From assembly GCA_030248215.1 (NCBI GenBank), contig JASANG010004046.1, positions 372,001 to 436,000 of the forward strand: a stretch of 64,000 bases of DNA, read 5' to 3'. The notes under the pieces were generated by a model that did no database searches, was not told the origin of the DNA, and was given only the letters and a program-made list of their open reading frames with translations. The position numbers were made by a program, and so were the translations under genes. This DNA comes from Enoplolaimus lenunculus. Its lineage: Eukaryota. Shown piece after piece: positions 13,216 through 25,600 of this stretch; position 1 is the stretch's first letter, and each line of letters opens with the position of its first letter.

Positions 13216-13523
13216 TGACGAACTATAAAATTAATATGTATAAATAAGTAGTGATGGGCATCGCATATTTTTTCACATCCGGAAATCCGGCAATTATTAC
13301 CGGATATTTATCCGGATATACGGATATTCGGATATCCGAAATGAAATATTCTATTTCGAATATACGAAACTCGATTTTGTGTTTTTGAGTTTCCAAACCT
13401 CAATTTTCGTTTCTTAAGTACTTGTTTTAACTTGTTGCTCTAAAGGAAGTATCCTGACCCTCAAGCAAATTGATATGAGCATAAAAGATATAATTCTAAA
13501 AATCGGTATTTATTATGCCAGTA

Positions 13524-13949
13524 CTGTAGTGACCCGAATAAAAGGGGTACCCATTCTGAGTCCCAATCAATAGGAGTCCGTATCCCTAATAAGAGTCCGT
13601 AAGCGCATAGAGACCCTAAACCCTAATTAGAGTCCATAAATGTCAATTATTCCTAATTGTAGCGCATATATGACTCCAGAACCAAATAAAGGTGAGTTTT
13701 AACACTTTGAAGCGTACTTAAGTTTTCAAAGTACGTTCCTAATAATAACCTTGCATTATGGCTAAAGCTTTTGATACAAGGCAAATAAACATTCAATTCA
13801 AGGGTTACTTACAATACCGGATATAGGTGTAACGAAGTGTGGCGGAGGGCGGGATAAAAATAAATAACAGTCCGTAACCGAATAACAGGGGGTACCCTCT
13901 GGAGAGGTCAAATAAATATCAGTCCCCCCTCTTATACGGGTCACTACAG
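13524..13949. mobile_element. Tc1/mariner-type MITE, family T copy 3
   Basis: TIR CTGTAGTGACCCG at both ends; TA TSD. Confidence 0.9.
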
Positions 13950-14205
13950 TAGCGTAGAACCAAACAACTTCACAATATATTGCAGATATTGGCTAAAATT
14001 AACAAATTAACCATCATTTTTACAATCTAATTTCGTCTCACCTCCGGCTCCAGCAAGTTTCACTGACTTCCGGCTCCGGCTCCGGTATTTTTCACCTCCG
14101 GTTACACATTTCTGGCCAGTGACTGAATCAAAACATTATTGCCTGTACAAAATCATTGCAGGTAGAGTGTATAAACCACACATTTCTTTTTGGTTTTACT
14201 TTTAT

Positions 14206-14270
14206 GCTAGGATTCGAACTCCAGTGACTGGAGTAGTAGGCGTATACCATCACCACTCAGCTATAGGAGC
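14206..14270 (-). mobile_element. tRNA-derived SINE-like head
   Basis: Minus strand reads TAGCTGAGTGG (A box) ... AGTTCGAATCC (B box); anticodon arm degenerate. Confidence 0.55.
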
Positions 14271-15932
14271 TTGACGCTCGAGGCCGAGGGGGCTGTCACG
14301 TCTTGTGGTGATTTAGTACAATGTATACGTGTTGCAATTGTTAAACACGGTGCGATATATGTTACTTAACGTATATACACTGCGCTGATTTGCCTATAGG
14401 CAACTCAATGTGAGAAGGGGTTAATACCTCATAGAGAAAACTTGTGAACATATTGTTCCGTGCCAAATATAAATTTACTTAACCTCGGCCAATGTAGTGA
14501 ACAGGGGCGGAACAGTATTATAAGCCAGGTTGCAACCGGAGGTCTGCCTCCGGCTCCGGCAGAAAATCGGCCTCCGGCTCCGGCTCCGGTACAATTTTTG
14601 CCGGAGGTTCCGGCCATTTCGGTAGTAAAGTTTTGCGTAATTTAGCAAAATTTATCTGTTTAGTGCGTTTAGTTTTACTTTCGTCACAATTTTCAGAAAG
14701 GGATGTCCGAAATTTCCAAGAGGGAAATATATTTTTATTTACGTTTTTCGATTTTATGATGGTATAAGGAAATTCAGTTGTTCCAGCCAAAAGTCGAATT
14801 TCGAGCCAAAATTTAAATTTGCCGCCAAAATTTGAATTTTCCGGCCATATGTGGAATTTTCCCACCAAAATTTTAATTACCCTCCAAACAACAGTTCGAA
14901 ACTTTAAAACATACTTAAGTTTTAAATGTACATTCCTAAGTATAACCTTGCATTATCGCTCAAGCTTTTGATCTACAAGAGAAATAAACGTTTATACAAT
15001 TCTAAAAATCGGTATTTATTATGCCAGTACTGTAGTGAGTAGTGATCCGAATAAAGAGAAGGTACCCATTTAGAGTCCCAATCAATAAGAGACTTTATCG
15101 AATATAACCCTTCCCTCGAACTATATATACTTGAATCGTTTTAGTTCCAAGAATAAAGAACCAGGTTGAAATACACTAACGCAAGTCGTACAAACGTCAG
15201 CCCATGATACTTATACTGGTGTCGCGCTTTCAGCAGCGGATCCAGAAATTTCTAAATGGGCGGGATGATAAATATTTTGAAACGGAATTTTTTCTTAGCG
15301 GGAAAATTATAAGGTAGGACCCTATTTTACAACGAAAGTATTATGATAATAGGACAAATTGTAAGGGAATGAATGACCATATCATTTTATCACAAAAAAT
15401 TTATGTGGGGAGTGGGGACAAATTGTAAGGTAGGTGTCCTTAGACATTTTTCTTATCCGGACCAGATATACGGTGTTCATCTGTAGTCTATATCATACTG
15501 TTCTCAGTAAACTTGCTATCATCATTCTCGGATACACGAAGTGTTAACTCAGAAAAACTTTTTGTTAAATAAAACAGCTAAAACGTCCCAGAGGTAAATT
15601 AGCATTGCATTGAATTACGGATAAAGCTAGACCTGTGTGAAACCCAGCCGTATATCGAATTCTATAGAAACTCAGGCCCACTTTTAGGGCCGTAGATGTT
15701 TCTATTATTACAATTTTTGCTTAGACTTAGGAATACGTTTAATCTTCTGTTACGCCCCTAAAACTAACATTGGCCGAAATTCAATAAAAGACACACCAGT
15801 TTCATTAAATGTCATAGCGTCAAAAAAGCAGAACACGAAACTGATTGAGACGAAATAGCAACGGTTTGCATCCAAATATACATGATAATTCTGACTGAGG
15901 TATGGATACAGAATTTTTTCGTCAGCTCCAGC

Positions 15933-16318
15933 CAGGGTGCAACCGGAATTCCGGTTCCGGCATTTTTCCACCTTCCGGTTCCGGTTCCGGTAAATTTTTA
16001 CCGGATTTAAAAATTCCGGTATTATAATTTGGCCGTTTTCTTAACTTTGCTAATTTAATAAGAATCTCTTTTGAAAGCCACTTGTACTCCGAATATAAGC
16101 CATTGATGGTGGATTTCACTTCAGTCTATGATGAAAATCTAAAATACAACAAATAAAATAAATACCTATGTTCGACTAAGGTTATTTCACAAATAACAGA
16201 GCAAAAAATAAGATTAAAATGAAATTTTTGGTGATATGCATTTTTCACTTTCCGGTTCCGGTTCCGGTAAAATTTTCAAATTCCGGTTCCGGTAAATTGT
16301 AATTCCGGTTGCACCCTG
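15933..16318. mobile_element. hAT-type MITE
   Basis: TIR CAGGGTGCAACCGGAATT; perfect TSD GCTCCAGC. A truncated inverted copy lies at 36761-36970. Confidence 0.92.
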
Positions 16319-17764
16319 GCTCCAGCTACTTTGGTGATGAAACCATGCAAATTATTCCAAAAAATTTTTTAGACAAAAGCATTTCGGATATCGGGATATC
16401 CGGTGCCCATCTATATAAATAAGGTATTAATGCTTCTAAAACAAAACCGACAATTTCAGGGTACAACTGGAGGTTTGGCTCCGGCTACGGCAGAAAATCG
16501 ACCTTCGGCTTTGGTAGAAATTTTACCGGAGGTTCCGGCAATTTCGGTTGTGATGTTTTGCAAATTTTTACAAAATTTGTCTGTTTGGCGCGTTTAGTTT
16601 TATCAACTTTTCCCATTTTCCAAACAATGCTTGTGCTTCTGGTTTTCCGTACCAAATCAGGGAAAATCTAAGTTTTAAATTTTCCACTTTTCCCGTTTTC
16701 CAACCAAAACCTATGCTTCAGATTTTTTTACCAAGGAAAAATCTAGGCATTTTAATTTTTCACCTTTCCCGTTTTCAAAATTGTTGGATTCATTTATATA
16801 TGCCCACAATTAGGGTTAATTAATGGGGACCCCTCTTATTCGGGTCACTAGAGTAAACACCCCAATAATTCGAAAAAATTTCACTAAAACAAACATTACA
16901 AACAGAAAGTTCAATGTTGTAAAGCGCAAAAAATTCAAGTTTTAAACACTGGAAAATAAAATACATTATACTATTTCACGAAATGTTTTTATTGACAACG
17001 GCAGGAGGCTGAAATCTGCAAAAAATTTTGATTTAAAGGTGGGATAACTTCAAAAAATGAGGCAAAATTGAATATTAAATCCTTATCGTTGACCCGTTCC
17101 AATAAACATAAATTTCCAAACAAGCTATATAAAAGCTATATTATATATACAATCCAATCCAAACGGACAAATTAACAAATTCTTTTGCAATTCTTTCAGC
17201 ATTTCCAGAATTCTAGGTTAGACTTTAAATGTTCACAATTATAAAGCTACATTTACCCAATCAACTCTTCCTCATAAAACGCCACTTACCACCAATTTAT
17301 ATCTACCCACAACCTGTTTTTACCTGAACGGACTTGAATATATAAATTCACATCTAAAATCGCGTTATATTAACCAACTAACAACTAACTCGCTGGCTGA
17401 ATTGAATAATCAACGCATTGGAATTTACAGTGTAGCATTCAACGTTCATCCGTACGCTTTTGCAAATTTTCACAAATTATAACTTTGCAAATGTCACATT
17501 ATCGTTTAATCACTCAACACGTCATGTTCCAACACCAGCCACACCAAAGCGAATCCAAGCAACGGCTGTTGTAGGTACACTTCCGGCCTCAAAGTCAACC
17601 CTACGCGCCGAGCCTGTCTAATTCATACCAAAATCTGAAAAGTTGGAAAGCTGAAATCCAACAGTGCGCAGGATGCCAAACCTCCACGTAACCAATATAT
17701 ACTTGTCGGATCCGTATAAAAAAGTTCGCACCCTAACAAGCGATTGTAAATAAATGGGCGCTCA

Positions 17765-19198
17765 TCACTCAAGCACAACCTTTGCATCTTTCCCGTTCAA
17801 CTGTGGCTTCAATCCGTACCGTAAATGAATTTCTCGTCGACAATATGCATACAGCAAATCAGTTGCAAGAAAAATTTGTGCAGTCGCGTACACAAGAGTA
17901 ACAGCAAAATAAAAGTTCGCATTTGCCGATCCCGCAAATATCCACAACTCCCACATTACCACCGAGAGGACAGAACAGGTTAACACCGCGCAACAGACCA
18001 CAAAACTATGCCGTATATTTGGATACAGTGGTCTGACACTCGGTAGCAACGCAGCATAAACACAAATATCTCCAAAAGTAGGATACGACTTAAAAATTGT
18101 TATTAGCATCAGTAGCAGAATAAAGAGCAGGTGAGGCTGATGTCGTAATTTGATTGCCAACGGCGCAACATACACGAACATATTCAACTGAAAAACGCAC
18201 AAGAAAAAGTTCCGAAAATGGTCGAACATTTCCGTAAAAAAGTACCAAAACACGCCAAAATTTGGCGTTAGATCCGGTACAGTGAGTACAAAACCGTACG
18301 TGCCGGTCAAAAAATCCCATGATCCTCCGGTCGCAGCCCACGAAGCTCCTAGCCATACCAACAATAATCCGATATACGCGACAACATCAAACGCAACCTG
18401 TGCAGGAATATTTTCACTCGAAACCATTCCAAACAATGACCAATCAGCTTCACCATTTGCCACCGCCGTGAAATCCCGTCTAATACCGTTCTGCTTTTGA
18501 TCAGCTATGTCATTTTCTGAAAAGTCACTATTCGCCAACCGAAACCGGACCAATACAGGGACAACTAATACAGCAGGATACAATCCTAGAACACCAGTTA
18601 ATGACGCATAGAGTAATGCTCGCCAATAATGGTTATAAATCATCGAATAAAAAACTAGCGTTGCTAGACAATTTTCGATCGTAGTAGTCGTCATGGCAAC
18701 AGCACTGGCGATCGCAAACGGATTAAATAGATACATTGCCGCCGCAAGCAGCGACAAACTCCTCACATGTTGTGGGTTTACTAAAAGCCCTGACATTTGA
18801 ACAGGTGGGGATCCAGGGTCAATAACATAATCCTTACGTCGAAGTGTGTTTTCTTCGTTATTATACTGTTGCAATAATGCAGTGACAGTAGCACGCTGCA
18901 ATACAATTGCACTGACAACATCGCATGTAACAAATAACCATTTAACAGCGCTGTCGCCAAAGTTGCTTGTGAACCAGTGAAGGAACGCTAAAAGCAGAGG
19001 CGACGCATTACAACTGTCTCCATCGTAAGGGGACACACCGTTACGGTAAAGGTGAACACCTTCCATCGTTCGTTTGAACGAATTCAGTGGAGACACAATT
19101 TCGTAGCGAAGTTGAAGCCATGTCATTGCAAAAGGCACACATGATATTGCATAGCGAAGTACAATTCCGGACGCAATTAGTAACGAATATGTTAACAT
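17765..19198 (-). CDS. PIGU: GPI transamidase subunit PIG-U (GAB1/CDC91L1), single coding exon, ~477 aa
   Basis: Uninterrupted hydrophobic ORF with PIG-U motifs SPLNSFKR..EG, YLFNPFAI, LTVPDLTPNFGVFWYFFTEMFDHFR and WELWIFAGSANANFYFA. Start placed at ATG 19198 because a TTTTCAG acceptor (19200-19206) sits 1 nt upstream; the ORF-track ATG at 19249 lies in a MITE end. Confidence 0.95.
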   Translation of the reverse strand: MLTYSLLIASGIVLRYAISCVPFAMTWLQLRYEIVSPLNSFKRTMEGVHLYRNGVSPYDGDSCNASPLLLAFLHWFTSNFGDSAVKWLFVTCDVVSAIVLQRATVTALLQQYNNEENTLRRKDYVIDPGSPPVQMSGLLVNPQHVRSLSLLAAAMYLFNPFAIASAVAMTTTTIENCLATLVFYSMIYNHYWRALLYASLTGVLGLYPAVLVVPVLVRFRLANSDFSENDIADQKQNGIRRDFTAVANGEADWSLFGMVSSENIPAQVAFDVVAYIGLLLVWLGASWAATGGSWDFLTGTYGFVLTVPDLTPNFGVFWYFFTEMFDHFRNFFLCVFQLNMFVYVAPLAIKLRHQPHLLFILLLMLITIFKSYPTFGDICVYAALLPSVRPLYPNIRHSFVVCCAVLTCSVLSVVMWELWIFAGSANANFYFAVTLVYATAQIFLATDLLYAYCRREIHLRYGLKPQLNGKDAKVVLE

Positions 19199-19236
19199 AC
19201 TGAAAATAGCACTATTTAAAGCAGGAAGTAACCTGA

Positions 19237-19830
19237 TATCCGTTTCCATATCCGGTGGAAATCGGTATCCGCTTCCGTTTACGTTACGTATAGAAATACC
19301 GGAAATTCACTTATTTTTAAGTTCAAAATCAGTTGTAAATTACGTAAATTTCCCGCAATTTTTTATTACACATGTGCTGCAATTGTCTGAACTGAAGTAA
19401 AAATTACGATATTCACCCATAATCTTAAAATTTCGGTGCATCCTCCATTTTAATAACATTAGTCGTTATACATAAACTTTTCTCCACTTAATAGTGAGAT
19501 TACATGTTTTAAAAAATATATAACTCATACTATAACACAATTTTTTGGAACTTTATGATTCTGAACAGGAACACAATTTTTTGGAACTTTATGATTCTGA
19601 ACAGGAAAAAACTTTCCCTAAAATTAAAACGATAATGCAGGATTTTGTGTGCCCGACAGTATAATGGAACGCTTTCTTACCAGGTTTGGGATTTACCAAA
19701 AACATTTCAGTATTGGTATACAGGCTAATGATGTTACGTTTTGGGCCATAACTCTATATCAAGCATACGGGCGTAAACGGATAGTAAAAATAACGGAAAC
19801 GGATAGTGATCAAAATAACGGAAACGGATA
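19237..19830. mobile_element. MITE-like element upstream of PIG-U
   Basis: Inverted ends TATCCGTTTCC / GGAAACGGATA with reiterated subterminal copies; TSD unclear. Confidence 0.6.
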
Positions 19831-20384
19831 TTGAAGTATAAAAGTTTCAAAAACGTTTTATTTCTCTGCCATTACAATTAAGTTATGCAAATATTCACCG
19901 GTATTTTAAAATTTTTAAAGAAAAAATTGCGGAGGCAGAGAAACCTTCAAGATTTTGGTTTTATTTCATTTCGAAAAATTGCAGCATATCTGTAACCAAA
20001 AATTGCGAGATATATACACGTGATTTATAACTAATTTTGAACGTAAAAAACAATAGAAATTCCGTTATTTCCATAACGGAGAATTGATTTGGTTTGTCTC
20101 CGTCTGATTTAAACCACTGCAACAGAGATTCTATCGAATGTCACCATTCCCTCGAACGAAATCAGACGGAGTCACAACAAATCTCTTCAATTTCAGGTGC
20201 CCAACGCACGTACCCAGGCCTGAACTATTGAAGGAGTTGCAGAATAAATAACGATTTTATAATTGTATGTTTTACGCTCAAAACAATCACATCGTGAATC
20301 AGGGTACTTTTTTAGAGCAACCAGTTAAAACAAACTCTTAAGAAGCGAAAATTAATGTTCGGAATCCCAATAAATGCAAAAACG

Positions 20385-21563
20385 CGTCTCGGATATCCCA
20401 AATAAAAAATTTAAATTCGGATATCCGGATAAATATCCAACAAGAATTGCCGAGTATTCGGATATGAAAAATTATCCGATGCCCATCACTAGTGCAAACC
20501 TTGTCATTTTATCACAAAAAATTTCTGTGGAAAATTGAAGGGACGTTGCCATTTTATCATAAAAAATTTCTGACGAAAGGGGTACAGTCGTCTGCCAACC
20601 TTTTTTCACTTTTTGTGACCTTTAGGGACTACTGCGAAACCGAAAAAGTACCTATTTTCAACAGTTAAAAAATCTAAGTATATTTTTATGTATATTATTG
20701 TGTAAAAGCAACGCGCTGAGTTGAATTGCGTGATCTTTTGCGTTTGATAACTGTAGCGCGCCTAATTTACTATTAATTTCAAGACACAAATGTAGGAGGA
20801 AACTTTTTCTGCAACAACCAAACTTTTTGAATCAATTTTGTGGTTTTTCTTTCTCAGGGGGAGGCTGCAGCTTCCTTGAACCTTCCGCATTTTGATAGAA
20901 CACTAAGCATGATGGGGTTGTCGCTCCAACCCCGCACTAAGCTGTTCATTATCCAGACACCTAGGATTGCTGATAAAGTACGTTTGGATGTTTGTTGTAC
21001 GATAAGAAATCGCTTAGCGTGAGGGTTTGAATTCAATTTATGAGCTCATGGATTCTGTGTCATGGAAAATTCAAATGTGTCCTTCACAGATTGTAGATTT
21101 GCAAGCTAGCCTTTTACTAATTAGTGTCATACTCAGTTAGACTTGGCGTCTTATTAAATCAAGAACGATTATAATTTAAAATGACGCCCAGTATGTAAGC
21201 TCGCGACGACACTTAACATATGTATAAGATTATGGTTCTTGCAAGGGTGTGTATTCGATGCAAAATTTTCACTGAGCTAATTTTGAGATAATTTACAAGT
21301 CATTATTCAGATAAATATAAAGCTAAAACAGAAATTTTCTTTATATTGGAAGTTTTAAGAAATCAAAATTTTAAATCATCATGGAATTATGCAGGAATGT
21401 GGTTCAACATCTTAACTAAAGTTTGAATACAAAGTTTGTTCGTCAGCTCCAGCTACTTTAATGGCGAAAAAATGCAAATTATTCCAAATTATTTACACAT
21501 GAGCATCTCGGATACACGTTTCGTTTCGGATACATTTCCAGACATACCTGGTGTCCATATATA
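20385..21563. mobile_element. Family A hAT-type fragments
   Basis: TIR end CCGATGCCCATCACTA at 20491, plus ~950 bp homologous (inverted) to 4368-5330. Confidence 0.75.
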
Positions 21564-22623
21564 ACTCTGACAAAAATAAATATTAAGCAAAGTCTTAGCA
21601 AAAAATAGTAATCTGAGCAGTCACTGTGGTTTAGATTTGGAGAAAATAGTTCAAAGTAGTTAGGAAACTACTAACACAATTTAAAAACGTCAATAGTGAA
21701 CACACGAACCGCTTGCATGCTAGTATGTTAAACTGTCAAAGCTTCGCGGGCTTGAGCGTGGTAAACTCGAACCCGTAAGCCGTGGTTGGACTTCGACCTT
21801 GTAATTTGATTTCAGTTGCAATTACGTAGATGCGAGCAAAAATTAACTCTGTATGAATCACTCGATTATAAATTTTGAAACACATAACAGTACAAATGTT
21901 TACTAGAAAAATAAAATCTGAAATGATACATTATACATAAGTGGTGGTATAGCCAACAATTTAGAAAGTGGGGTTACTTTCAAAAATTTTGAATGGTTTT
22001 CTTGCGTTATCACCAACAGATAAAGTTCCTAAAATCCTGGAGAAAAACCCCTAGAAGGCTTGACCCGAAATCCATTCGTGTTCACAGCCTTGCATATAGA
22101 ACCTAACCGTGCTGCTCGACTAGTTTATCGAATCCTTTTAAATTAGAATATTAAAATTGTCATATTAACTCCTAGATTTGTCACCACTTCGTACAAACGA
22201 CTCTGCGATGAAATTGTCAGAATCTTAACGTTTCAAACGTACTTTATCGAAACTCAGACCTATGGCTGTTACTTTTAGGGCGTAACAACAATCAGCACAA
22301 TGTTTAGATCAGAGGCGGACCGTCGTTCCGCAAGCTGCTATGCAGCATGCTTATGCTTAAAATTTTTTTCCTTCGGCGAAAAAATAAATCAAAGTATACA
22401 TATATTACGAAAAATCTGAGCAAGCCTAACCAAAAACTAATGATCTAATAGAAAACCTAAGCTTACTATACTGCAGTCTAATGAAAAACGCGATTCTCAT
22501 AAAAAGAACATGAACCGTTTCTTTTATATTTACCAAACTCATTAACATCGACCAAATTTACTATTTAACTGCTGAGCAGCGAATATGTACACATTTCAAC
22601 ACCTTTAAAATTGCAAAAACACG

Positions 22624-25600
22624 TCAACTAGTTTCAGCATCATGCTTTAAGCTATTTTTTGACTTAAAAATATCAAACGCCTTTGCTTCTTCTCGTTTTC
22701 GACTCAACAAATTATTATACTGACTACGGACCGATTCCAAAGCGTTCAACAGCTGCTTGTAGTGTTCCTGTAAAACCAGTCTGCATACAACTGTATTAGA
22801 ATACAGCATTGTTTCTTTACTTTTGAATACGTAGGATGTTTTTGCACGAAACCATCGATGAAGTTACTACGAATCGACCAATAAATTACGTGCAACGTCA
22901 GCATTAACTTATAACGCTTTGCCACACAAAATGCATGGCATTAAACTTAACGAGTGGCAAATTGTAAAATTATCATTCGATAATCCTACATTGCCTCAAA
23001 TCTCTTGGTTAACCTCATCTTAACAAGGGGCACACAATGTATACTTCGTGTTTTTGTATTAAGGTTAGGTTAACAAAATATTGAAGTTAAGGTAGCATTA
23101 GAGTATCATACTTTAAAATTTATAGGCCAGGCGTTTTCTGTGGCAAACCTTCATGTTGAATATTATTACGTCACTGTTGGTAGAAAAATAAAATAAAAAT
23201 ATTCGCTTTTTGTTTTGGTTTGATCGCTATCATTTTCCGTTATTTTTACTATACCGTGCAGTACACTATACCACTATACCTTTCGAGCGCCGAATGCGGA
23301 CTAATGTTATAAACGTTATACGCTTTTGACTTTCACAAATTTTAAATTTTTGAGTCTACGCAGCTGGACTACGCACAACATACCTCGGCTCCTTGATAAT
23401 TAATCACACCGACAACAGACACTGAAGTATGCTTGTGAGTAATATACGCTAATTTTGACTTTGACAAAGCAAACACATATGGCACGTTTTGTGATTTGCA
23501 TAAATCAAGAATATTTGACACAACCTCATCTAGACCTCCTGTAAGTTAAACGCAAACCAACTGTAAGTAACAGCAATACTGAATCAACCTCATGCATACA
23601 TAATCCCTATTACATACTTAAACGGAAGTGACCTTATTCTGCGCCATTTTAAGCATCTGGATAAGCTAAAACTAACCCTAATCAAAAATTACTTTGAAAC
23701 CAAACAGTATTTTGCAGTCCCGCGGGAGCATAGGAACTACTATAATGTTACTTTTAGGGGCGCAATATTCGCCTAAGCTTATTCGTAAGATTCTGAGAAG
23801 TCTAAAACTAAGGCTAAGGAAAAATACTCTGAACCCTACAAAGTAACATGAACCGTTTGTTTTATATTTACCACATTCATCTACTCTCGTTATCAGATAA
23901 TATCGTAGCTGTATGCCTACTATGCGGCGTTCACAAAAACTTTTATCAGGTTGGCATCACCAAAGACGGTGTTGTGTTGCCGAGTGGTAAATTTTGTGTT
24001 TACCTGTGGCAAGTTATCGTGAACGACGCATAACAATACACCGTAAATAAAAATAAGTATCTTGATGAAATATAATTAAGATACAACTCATTTTAATTTA
24101 CCGGAACACTTTATCGACTCAATATCGGGTGCAAAAACTACCAATTTGATTTTTTCCACTTTAATCAATTTGAGCACTTCTCGAAGACCGTACACCATTC
24201 TTTTCTTCAGCCGCCCCTTAAATAAAACAAATCTTACTGTATCAAAGTATAAAAACAACAACATCCCTACCAATCTCAGACAACATTTAGTTTACTGGCA
24301 CAACCAACACTTCCAGAAGTGCTAACCTTTATTTGGACATAATTATACCATCAAAAATTTAGCTGCTAAAAAGCTTTAAATTCTCCTGGTTAATTTTGGC
24401 TACTCATACAAGCATCAACCAATTTTCCTCTCATTTAGAATTACACATGTTAGTGCTAGTATACGTATTTGAGACTGCGTGTAGGACTAGCAGTTGGTAT
24501 ATAATAAGTGATCAAACGATCGACTCAGATGAAATGCGAAAAATTTACTCGATTTCCAATCGTACCAATTGGTAATTCTAGTTATAGCACTTAATACCAA
24601 CTTAATGATAGGTGCTACGAAGCTTAAAATTGAAAACCCAAGTAAACCCCTAACTAGCGGAATACTTAGTCTCAGTACACCATACCTTGGCTGGGTCTTT
24701 AGCGTAAACTCGATCCTGATAAATGCCAAGTTGTTTAATCAACGCAGTTGTGATTTCGTCGACATCGTTGCTGATCATGTTTTCACAGTAACTAAAAATA
24801 AGTTGTGGCAGTCTTCGTAATTGCTTTAAAGGGTTTTCCAACCCTAAGATTAAGTATAAAACCTGACCAGCAAAGCAGAACTGTAACGGCAACAACAGTG
24901 TTCACCGGTGCTTAAATTTATTTCACAACCTATTCAGTTATTTCGAACAATATTCTCAATTATGTATGACTTAAGAATAGCTCGAGCCAAATTTTTTAAG
25001 CAAATGGTACTACGGATTTCTGAGCAAATGAAACCAGACATTAACTACAGAATTAAAATTAGTTAGAATTGGTAACACTCGCGGGAAGAATTTTCAAAAA
25101 AGTGGACCAAAACCTTGACAAAAACACAAAATTATTTCAAAGGTACCTAACAACGAGATCTGTCTATATTGGCGACCGTTGATCTCAACATCTAGAAAAG
25201 AATTATGGTATTTGGAACGTGCGTCCTTTCTGAAGATACAAAAATAAGAACCATGCTTATGCTTACTCTCTAAATCTGCGACTATGTAACGCTGACTTCA
25301 CAGGATCTTCAGGCGGCGCCGTTAACTGTGCCACTACATTTTCTAAACATTTTGTAAACACAAAGTACTTACTGAATAAAACTTCCACAAATATTATTAA
25401 CAAGACATTTGCACATACACTTATTTCAAAAAACAACATTCTTTAATTATTTTTATTGTACCGCACAAAACGTAGCCCCCAGCGTGCAATAAGATATTCG
25501 GCTCCGGTATCTTTTCTCAACCGGTCGCGCACTAGAGCCAGTTTGCAGTTAGCAGTCTACATAAACCGGTACTAAAACAACTGCCTTGTCAACAACTATA

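Larger units (their letters stand above)
13249..16415 (+). mobile_element. Family A hAT-type element expanded by nested insertions
   Basis: Ends TAGTGATGGGCA / TGCCCATCTATA with perfect 8-bp TSD TAAATAAG (13241-13248, 16416-16423). Confidence 0.8.

Noticed and set aside
19199..19249. 17-aa N-terminal extension of PIG-U in the ORF track
   Set aside because: The upstream ATG is in a MITE end and a canonical acceptor precedes ATG 19198.
22624..22626. SBP2 terminal TGA as a selenocysteine codon
   Set aside because: It follows the normal end of the conserved domain, and I could not identify a convincing SECIS downstream by eye.
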